From the IMG/VR virus record IMGVR_UViG_3300023093_000033, positions 1 through 6,858 of that record: a stretch of 6,858 nt of DNA; one strand, 5' to 3'. Below, one piece after another: positions 1-4,349 of this stretch. The translations under genes and the position numbers were made by a program. The stretch comes from a virus. Every line of letters begins with the position of its first letter. Position 1 is the first letter of the stretch. The notes beneath the pieces were generated by a model. It was not told where the DNA came from. It saw nothing but the letters and a program-made list of their open reading frames with translations, and did not search any database.

Positions 1-127
1 TTTGACGCTGGTTTTACCGCCGTCTGTGTTGTCAGTGGTTTTAACAGTGCTATCTATTTTGATTCCGTTGCTAGAAGGAGGTTTATTAACGCAAGTACGA
101 ACGCCATTCATCGTACCGCACGTTTGC
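1..127. repeat. Terminal redundancy, copy 1 (identical to 6732-6858); assembly overlap of a circular molecule
   Basis: Base-by-base comparison shows that tttgacgctggttttaccgcc...catcgtaccgcacgtttgc is identical at both ends. The repeat starts exactly at nt 1 and ends exactly at nt 6858. Confidence 0.97.
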
Positions 128-927
128 TTGCCGTCCTTCTGGGTTTCAGTCTCGGAACTACAGCTAACGGAACCGCCAGAGCCAGAATAAACACATGGCT
201 TGTCAGTAGTGGAGGATTCTTCTTTTATTGGAGTACAAACACCGCCATCGCACGCGGCGTCTTTTGCATCAACAACGTTAGTCTGATTATTAACATTGCC
301 AGTAAGCTTGCCAATGACATTGCAGGTAACAGCACCTTTGACGTTAGATACGCAGTCACTGCTGGATACAACGGAAACTTCACAGCTGGTACCAGCCTGA
401 GCAAAGCTAGGAGGCGCAGATGGAACACCGCCATCCCAAGTACCTGCAACTTGATAGGCAGAGCCGGAACCACCTTGAGAGAACATATACTTGCAAGTGG
501 GCTCCTCACTGGAATCAGTGAAATTTACGCACTTGCCGGCCTTACCATCAAAAATCATAGGATCACCGGGCCCTTTAGCGCCGGTTTGATCTTCGCACTT
601 TTCGCCATCTTTCAAATTGGGAACGCAAGCACCAATAGAGCCGTTAAAGGTCGTATTGGCGGGGCAAGAGTTACCATCCATAATAACACTCGTAAATCCA
701 GATAACTTATCGTCATTGCCCTTACGCATGCAGTTCCACTGGTTAGGTGCCGTACTGACAGTGGAATGCAAAGAATAGCCGTAAAGCGAGGCTGCTCCAT
801 CACAAGCCGCAGAAAGCGACCCGTAATGACGGGCAGGACCATAGACAGTATTATACCAGTAATAATCTACCGCAAAACTAGAGGACGAAAGGAACAACAG
901 GCTGAAAGAAAGTAAGAACTTGTACAT
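1..927 (-). CDS. gIII: pIII-like adsorption / minor coat protein, N-terminal 309 codons; continues across the circular junction into 6731..6207, 483 aa in total
   Basis: I split the plus strand into triplets from nt 1 and found no tta/cta/tca up to the cat at 925-927 (ATG on minus). The frame is continuous with ORF 6207..6842, since 6842-6731=111. The N-terminus MYKFLLSFSLLFLSSSSFA|VDYYW is a typical Sec signal peptide, followed by Cys-rich domains. The gene lies directly after the coat-gene terminator, as gIII does in Ff phage. It is not in the supplied ORF track because no stop lies inside the window. Confidence 0.85.
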   Translation of the reverse strand, partial: MYKFLLSFSLLFLSSSSFAVDYYWYNTVYGPARHYGSLSAACDGAASLYGYSLHSTVSTAPNQWNCMRKGNDDKLSGFTSVIMDGNSCPANTTFNGSIGACVPNLKDGEKCEDQTGAKGPGDPMIFDGKAGKCVNFTDSSEEPTCKYMFSQGGSGSAYQVAGTWDGGVPSAPPSFAQAGTSCEVSVVSSSDCVSNVKGAVTCNVIGKLTGNVNNQTNVVDAKDAACDGGVCTPIKEESSTTDKPCVYSGSGGSVSCSSETETQKDGKQTCGTMNGVRTCVNKPPSSNGIKIDSTVKTTDNTDGGKTSVK

Positions 928-953
928 AAAAAAACCCCCGAAGAAACCGGGGG
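928..953 (-). terminator. Rho-independent terminator downstream of the major coat gene
   Basis: The minus strand reads CCCCCG-GTTTCTT-CGGGGG followed by TTTTTTT. The stem is 935-940 paired with 948-953, the loop is 941-947, and the T-run is 934..928. The position matches the strong terminator after gVIII in Ff phages. Confidence 0.85.
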
Positions 954-1043
954 CTGAAGTTAGAGATATTCAGCGCACCGGATACCTGAAACCAGTGCGC
1001 TAGCCATGATGATGCCAGCCAGCGCGGACCAGATCACCTGGAA

Positions 1044-1286
1044 TCAGACTTTACGAACGAGTGCAATAATCACACCGACGACGCAGAGCGCGGCCACACA
1101 GGCTACAACAGCAGCACCGACAGTTTCACCGCTGGACTGAGCTTCAGCAATTGCAGTAGTAGCGCCGTCAGCAACACCAGCAGCAAAGCTGGAGCCGGCA
1201 GCAACGAAAGCACCAACGCCAGCGATACCAGCAGCCAATTTGCGGAAGGTTGGAACGGATTTGAACTTGGAGATTTGTTGTTTCAT
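1044..1286 (-). CDS. gVIII: Major coat protein precursor (80 aa), Pf1 CoaB-like
   Basis: ATG at 1286 is preceded by AGAGGTG. The leader MKQQISKFKSVPTFRKLAAGIAGVGAFVAAGSSFA resembles the Pf1 precoat leader as I recall it (MKAMKQRIAKFSPVASFRNLCIAG...). The predicted 45-aa mature protein, AGVADGATTAIAEAQSSGETVGAAVVACVAALCVVGVIIALVRKV, has an acidic N-terminus, a hydrophobic core and a basic C-terminus. The GTG at 1295 in the ORF track is probably not the start. Confidence 0.9.
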   Translation of the reverse strand: MKQQISKFKSVPTFRKLAAGIAGVGAFVAAGSSFAAGVADGATTAIAEAQSSGETVGAAVVACVAALCVVGVIIALVRKV

Positions 1287-1287
1287 G

Positions 1288-1545
1288 TCAAACACCTCTG
1301 CGCATTTTGCGCAACTGAGAAATGATAATACCGACTGTAAAACCGACGACGAATAACATTATCGTTCCCATAAAGAACTGCATAAATGTGTCGCCATCAA
1401 AACCACCTGTAATCACAAGTTCCAATTGGGCTTGCTGGTCAGGTGTCACAACATAAGTTTCCGTCCAAGCCTGAGACGAACACGAAATAACACCCTCAGT
1501 TGAGGTTGAAAATTGAGTGCAAGTTAAAACAGACTGAGACGGCAC
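1288..1545 (-). CDS. Hypothetical membrane protein (85 aa, GTG start); possible minor coat (pVII/pIX-position) protein
   Basis: Fills the gap exactly between the upstream stop (1546-1548) and the coat gene. GGAG lies 10 nt upstream of the GTG. The C-terminal MQFFMGTIMLFVVGFTVGIIISQLRKMRRGV is a TM helix plus a basic tail. The position corresponds to gVII/gIX of Ff and to the small ORFs before coaB in Pf phages. The start codon is uncertain. Confidence 0.55.
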   Translation of the reverse strand: MPSQSVLTCTQFSTSTEGVISCSSQAWTETYVVTPDQQAQLELVITGGFDGDTFMQFFMGTIMLFVVGFTVGIIISQLRKMRRGV

Positions 1546-1740
1546 TTATTCAATACTCCATGAATGCTGAGTACTAGAGAGTTTAACCACCTCGGAAGCA
1601 TCATAACAATTTGGACAAACACAAAAATGAGGAGGAACACTAAGTTTGTCCAGACCATCTCGACGAACAGCATTCATAGAGAACAACTGACCGACCACGC
1701 AATAGCAAAAATCGCAAACAACACGGTCGATCAGCAACAT
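1546..1740 (-). CDS. Hypothetical small Cys-rich protein (64 aa), zinc-ribbon-like CxxCxC...CxCxxC
   Basis: The ORF starts 2 nt after the stop of the upstream gene (TGA TC ATG) and ends immediately before the next gene. Cysteines sit at CDFCYC and CVCPNC, about 30 residues apart. I recognise no homolog. Confidence 0.55.
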   Translation of the reverse strand: MLLIDRVVCDFCYCVVGQLFSMNAVRRDGLDKLSVPPHFCVCPNCYDASEVVKLSSTQHSWSIE

Positions 1741-1742
1741 GA

Positions 1743-2081
1743 TCAGCTAGCCGCCTGTACAGGTTTAACAAGTTGAACATTCAGGGCCTTGCCGTCACCG
1801 GCAAGCCAATAATCAAAGCCTGCATTACCGGCTTTACTTGCCCAGGCACCAACAAAAACAGGAATCGAAACGTTTTTACCCTTCATCTGATTCCAAGAGT
1901 TGTTTAGACCAGCTTCCATATGCTTTTTAGAAAGCTTGACGGCAACCGTCTTGACCTCAGGAATACCATACTGATTAAGTTGCTCAACCTCAATCAGCAC
2001 CTGATTGTCAGTGAACGTATTGGAGCCAATCTGGCGTGTATTAGAGTTGAAACCATGGCAAAGACCAAGTAATACGAGCAT
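1743..2081 (-). CDS. Putative ssDNA-binding protein (gene V position), 112 aa
   Basis: ATG at 2081 is preceded by GAGGT with a 6-nt spacer. It is the first gene downstream of gII, where inoviruses encode the ssDNA-binding protein. Function is assigned by position and size only. I see no similarity to Ff gVp. Confidence 0.45.
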   Translation of the reverse strand: MLVLLGLCHGFNSNTRQIGSNTFTDNQVLIEVEQLNQYGIPEVKTVAVKLSKKHMEAGLNNSWNQMKGKNVSIPVFVGAWASKAGNAGFDYWLAGDGKALNVQLVKPVQAAS

Positions 2082-2131
2082 ATTCTTACCTCACAGGTTT
2101 TTAAATTGGCATCTATGGCCGTGTAAATGAA

Positions 2132-2476
2132 TTAAGCAGCCTCTAAACGAGGTTCAACATACCAAGTAGGACGCTGCATACTGAAATCAACTTGAAGAAA
2201 CCTAAGAATTGGAACGACATTATTCTTATGCTCATCAACTTTTAGCTTCTGCAATGCAGCTTTACTTAATCCGCATTCACAAATTTGGGCAACATGACGG
2301 TAAAACGTAGGTCTAGCCATGGAATCCATGGTTTCTTGCCATCCGTAGTCTTTAAGACTGCGGTAGGTGCGAAACAGGTTAAGAGGAATGGTTTCATTGA
2401 CCTTGCCTTCCTTACCAAATTTGGTAAAGCGTGCTTTAAGTGCGGCCAGCACTTTGTCATCATTAATTACTCTCAT
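2132..2476 (-). CDS. gX: Nested in-frame gene X analog (C-terminal 114 aa of pII)
   Basis: The in-frame Met in FEGISMRVINDD aligns with the M13 pX start in FEGDSMNIYDD. GAAGG lies 7 nt upstream of ATG 2476, encoded by the same conserved FEG codons that form the SD for gX in Ff. Confidence 0.55.
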   Translation of the reverse strand: MRVINDDKVLAALKARFTKFGKEGKVNETIPLNLFRTYRSLKDYGWQETMDSMARPTFYRHVAQICECGLSKAALQKLKVDEHKNNVVPILRFLQVDFSMQRPTWYVEPRLEAA

Positions 2477-3367
2477 GGAGATACCTTCAAAGGCCGCAAA
2501 CAATTCTTTTGTAACCTGTTGCCAACACCATTGAATAAAGCAGGTGCCTTGAGACTCTAATTGCTCTTGATACTCACACAATTCAATCAAGGTAGTAGGA
2601 ATACCCTTGCGATCAAGCCAGCGATGCATAACAGTCGCTTCGAGTCGAACTAGGTTTTCAGACCATGTTTGAAGTTCAGGATTCTGCAAAACAGAAAGAA
2701 CGCGTTTCGCGGAAAGGTTACCTCCCCTTGAAGCCTTAAGAGTTTTCTCAAGCTCATTGCGAAATTCAGGACTCTTAAGATAAGCCTTCAGCTTTCGAAG
2801 GCGGGTTTCTTTACTACCCCAATAGGCAGTGGTTTCATAATCATCACCCCGGTTTCTAGTCTGGCCATTGCTAACGCCACGTAGAGCTTGCATAAGTTGA
2901 AGCGCTGTACGCTCATCAGGAACCCTCGACGAATAAGTGCAGTCCAAGCAATAGACTTGAATATTGGGAATATCAAGCTTTTGAAACAACTCGGGATATG
3001 AACCAGCAAGCCACTTAAGCATGACCTCAGCACCGAGCCGAATCGAAGTCGGACCAAAAACATTATGGCCCTGCAATAACTTTGCTGGGCTAGCTTTCAA
3101 CTCGACACCGGGCGTCATACGTTTGCCCAGGGACTGGTGAAAAACCTTCACCGCCATCGGGGTAAAGCTGGTAGGCAACGACTCCCAAGCATGACTCAGA
3201 TCCTCGACCACGTAGCCGCCTTGACCGTCCGAAAAAACGGACGTTGCCCGCATCGGTATACCGAGCGTGGCAAGGTCTACAGTCAAAGAATGGTGACGAT
3301 CAACGTCGCCTACGATGGTGATCGCGTCCGAGCGAAACGGGATAAACATATGGATCTTGTCTAGCAT
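2132..3367 (-). CDS. gII: Replication initiation protein, Ff gene II homolog (411 aa)
   Basis: Several blocks match M13 pII as I recall it. MLDKIHMFIPF matches MIDMLVLRLPF. VELKASPAKLLQGHNVFGPTS matches VEIKASPAKVLQGHNVFGTTD. LRGVSNGQTRNRG matches LRNVSNGQTKSTR. ELFAAFEGISMRV matches ELFKAFEGDSMNI. NNVVPILRFLQVDFSMQRPTWYVEPRLEAA matches NNVVPLVRFINVDFSSQRPDWYNEPVLKIA. The start is set at ATG 3367 by this N-terminal alignment. The 14 extra codons in the ORF track (to 3409) come from ATGs inside the GCATGCATGC palindrome. Confidence 0.93.
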   Translation of the reverse strand: MLDKIHMFIPFRSDAITIVGDVDRHHSLTVDLATLGIPMRATSVFSDGQGGYVVEDLSHAWESLPTSFTPMAVKVFHQSLGKRMTPGVELKASPAKLLQGHNVFGPTSIRLGAEVMLKWLAGSYPELFQKLDIPNIQVYCLDCTYSSRVPDERTALQLMQALRGVSNGQTRNRGDDYETTAYWGSKETRLRKLKAYLKSPEFRNELEKTLKASRGGNLSAKRVLSVLQNPELQTWSENLVRLEATVMHRWLDRKGIPTTLIELCEYQEQLESQGTCFIQWCWQQVTKELFAAFEGISMRVINDDKVLAALKARFTKFGKEGKVNETIPLNLFRTYRSLKDYGWQETMDSMARPTFYRHVAQICECGLSKAALQKLKVDEHKNNVVPILRFLQVDFSMQRPTWYVEPRLEAA

Positions 3368-3491
3368 GGTTGGCTTCCACATCCCATTGCATGCATGCAT
3401 GCAAATCACAATGATGAGGAATGTATACGTGCACGCATGTATACGTCAACACAAGTCACATGCATGCACGTACACTTTTGGAGGTTTTCTG
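3368..3491. promoter_or_regulatory. Divergent promoter/operator region between gII (minus) and the small regulator (plus)
   Basis: Contains an 18-bp perfect palindrome TTGCATGCATGCATGCAA (3387-3404), a direct repeat ATGTATACGT at 3421-3430 and 3437-3446, the palindrome CGTGCACG (3428-3435), and TGCATGCA again at 3461-3468. A candidate gII promoter on the minus strand has -35 TTGACG (3449..3444), an 18-nt spacer and -10 TACATT (3425..3420). The promoter assignment is tentative. Confidence 0.6.
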
Positions 3492-3707
3492 ATGATAGGT
3501 AGTGGCACCATGCCAGCAACGCTGAGGCTGTCAAACGCAGAACAAGAGCTTTTGCGTAAAAAATGCATAGATATCAATAAGTTATTGATAAAACAGGGTG
3601 CTCAACCGATAAAGGATAGTGAGCTAGCCCACTTTTTGATTGAAAAATCAGTAACTTACGTTGAGGTTGGCAGTGATGGAGTGCTGACTCTGGAGCCAAA
3701 GGCTTAA
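3492..3707 (+). CDS. Small putative DNA-binding regulator / repressor candidate (71 aa), ribbon-helix-helix-like pattern
   Basis: GGAGG lies 7 nt upstream of ATG 3492. This is the only convincing plus-strand gene, and it is divergent from gII, like rstR in CTXphi. TLRLSNAEQELLRKK...IKDSELAHFLIEKS fits a beta-strand, helix, turn, helix RHH pattern loosely, with helix A longer than usual. The upstream part of ORF 3315..3707 overlaps gII and the operators and was rejected. Confidence 0.6.
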   Translation: MIGSGTMPATLRLSNAEQELLRKKCIDINKLLIKQGAQPIKDSELAHFLIEKSVTYVEVGSDGVLTLEPKA

Positions 3708-3728
3708 GAGTCGAAACCACCCCCAAAT

Positions 3729-3769
3729 TCTCACCATGAGACAAGAGTCCACCATTAGAGATAGTGGAC
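3729..3769 (-). other. Plus-strand origin of replication core: pII nick-site hairpin plus adjacent palindrome (f1 hairpins D/E equivalent)
   Basis: The minus strand reads GTCCAC-TATCTCTAATG-GTGGACTCTTGT-CTCATGGTGAGA. The f1 ori as I recall it reads GTCCAC-GTTCTTTAATA-GTGGACTCTTGT-TCCAAACTGGAA. The 6-bp stem core is identical (f1 pairs one more base), the 11-nt loop size is the same, and the 12-nt GTGGACTCTTGT is identical. The downstream palindrome TCTCA-TGG-TGAGA (3741..3729) stands in place of GTTCCA-AAC-TGGAAC. By homology to TCTTT/AATAG, the predicted nick falls between 3757 and 3756 on the minus strand. Confidence 0.85.
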
Positions 3770-3796
3770 CCGGCTGCGCCGGCCTCAAGCAAAACC

Positions 3797-3850
3797 TCTC
3801 CGCCTTCGCTCCGAAGAGGGGCCAAGCCCCTCCGCCCTTCGGTCTACCCC
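3797..3850. repeat. Intergenic direct repeat, copy 1, with a GC hairpin (GAGGGGC-CAA-GCCCCTC, 3816-3832)
   Basis: Shares TCTCCGCCTTCGCTCCGAA, AGGGGC..GCCCCT and CTACCCC with copy 2. An outer CCGAAG/CTTCGG pairing (3811-3816 with 3837-3842) is also possible. Confidence 0.8.
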
Positions 3851-3890
3851 AGATTCCACAAATGCCGCCTGCGATGCCAGACAAATACAA

Positions 3891-3939
3891 TCTCCGCCTT
3901 CGCTCCGAACAGGGGCTCGCCCCTGCGCTGCGCTACCCC
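3891..3939. repeat. Intergenic direct repeat, copy 2, with a GC hairpin (CAGGGGC-TC-GCCCCTG, 3910-3925)
   Basis: The 19-nt core TCTCCGCCTTCGCTCCGAA is identical to 3797-3815 and lies 94 nt from copy 1. It sits 5' of the plus origin in viral-strand sense, where Ff phages carry the minus-origin and packaging hairpins. Confidence 0.8.
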
Positions 3940-4035
3940 GAGGTGCTGGAATTTCGAACCTGCCGGGACCAAACCTCATAGCGGTGCTGTAGACACGCCA
4001 AAACAAAGCTTGGGTAATCAGGGTGAAAAGGTGTT

Positions 4036-4266
4036 TCAAAGATCGAGGATTGACCTGCAAGCGGTCTGGAGGGCTTCTAGACGCTGATCGAGGTGCAAGG
4101 CCTCACTATCGAGCTGCGACAGCCTAGAGCGCATCTGACGAGCTTCGGCTACAACCCGGGGATAATCAGCCAGGCAGTAGCAGACGGCGTCGAGAGGATC
4201 ACGTGACGGCGCGTACAACTGGGCGTCACGAATAAGGTTTTCGGGGATCAGAAGAGGCTTACGCAT
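4036..4266 (-). CDS. Hypothetical 76-aa protein (uncertain gene)
   Basis: The ORF is on the coding strand and has a non-low-complexity sequence with a heptad-like C-terminus (LSQLDSEALHLDQRLEALQTACRSILDL). Against it, no SD precedes ATG 4266, the ATG lies inside a dif-like arm, and the local GC-rich DNA generates long ORFs in several frames. Confidence 0.35.
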   Translation of the reverse strand: MRKPLLIPENLIRDAQLYAPSRDPLDAVCYCLADYPRVVAEARQMRSRLSQLDSEALHLDQRLEALQTACRSILDL

Positions 4267-4349
4267 AATACGGTCTATGTTACGCGACCCGTGGTGCCAG
4301 AGGCAGTTTCCACAGGTCGCTCAACATAAACCGGGCCATTATGCGTACC
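4258..4349. other. Two inverted dif-like sites forming an imperfect 92-nt hairpin: candidate XerCD-dependent attP of the CTXphi (folded ssDNA) type
   Basis: Site A, on the minus strand 4349..4319, reads GGTACGCATAA-TGGCCCGGT-TTATGTTGAGC. Site B, on the plus strand 4258..4285, reads CTTACGCATAA-TACGGT-CTATGTTACGC. E. coli dif as I recall it reads GGTGCGCATAA-TGTATA-TTATGTTAAAT. Arm identities are 10/11 and 8/11 for site A and 8/11 and 7/11 for site B. In the fold, 4260-4268 pair with 4339-4347 (9 bp). An internal loop follows (4269-4270 against 4334-4338). Then 20 of 24 positions pair between 4271-4294 and 4310-4333. Confidence 0.6.

Noticed and set aside
124-705. Plus-strand ORFs in the track: 2..190, 124..705, 1564..1776, 2285..2560, 3137..3364, 4527..4778, 4589..4786, 4978..5199 and 5356..5916.
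   Set aside because: All lie antisense to well-supported minus-strand genes (pIII-like, gII, zot and the small ORFs). They lack SD sequences and have odd compositions, so they look like shadow ORFs of the coding strand.
225-842. Minus-strand out-of-frame ORFs 225..509, 612..842, 2266..2463, 2788..3063 and 4926..5318.
   Set aside because: They are fully embedded in alternative frames of the pIII-like, gII and zot genes. They have no start context and no recognisable features.
960-1037. 25-codon hydrophobic minus-strand ORF (GTG start; MIWSALAGIIMASALVSGIRCAEYL) between the coat stop and the terminator. It is of pVII/pIX size.
   Set aside because: It has no separate SD, a GTG start and is very short, so I cannot support it from sequence alone. 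It is worth rechecking if relatives conserve it.
1287-1295. GTG start at 1295 for the major coat gene (MFD extension).
   Set aside because: It overlaps the end of the upstream ORF. ATG 1286 has the SD AGAGGTG at proper spacing and gives the Pf1-like MKQ... leader.
3368-3409. A 14-codon N-terminal extension of gII (MICMHACNGMWKPT) as given in the ORF track.
   Set aside because: The ATGs are generated by the GCATGCATGCATGC palindrome in the control region. Alignment with the M13 pII N-terminus places the start at 3367, which has a GGAAG 8 nt upstream.
3315-3491. Upstream 59 codons of plus-strand ORF 3315..3707.
   Set aside because: This part overlaps the gII start and the operator region and is Cys/His/Met-rich because of the palindromes. 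A GGAGG SD precedes the internal ATG at 3492, which gives a sensible 71-aa protein.
3945-3975. TTCGAA-containing stretch (ctggaatttcgaacctgcc) that superficially resembles a tRNA T-loop, hence a possible tRNA-derived attP.
   Set aside because: No 5-bp T-stem can be formed on either strand around the loop, and there is no acceptor stem or CCA context. The dif-like sites are a better integration-site candidate.
3574-4087. Overlapping ORFs in the GC-rich region: 3574..3825(-), 3648..3890(-), 3736..3981(+), 3764..4087(+) and 3785..4060(-).
   Set aside because: They are Pro/Arg/Ala/Gly-rich and mutually overlapping in several frames. They cover the f1-like origin and the hairpin repeats, which is typical of chance ORFs in GC-rich structured non-coding DNA.
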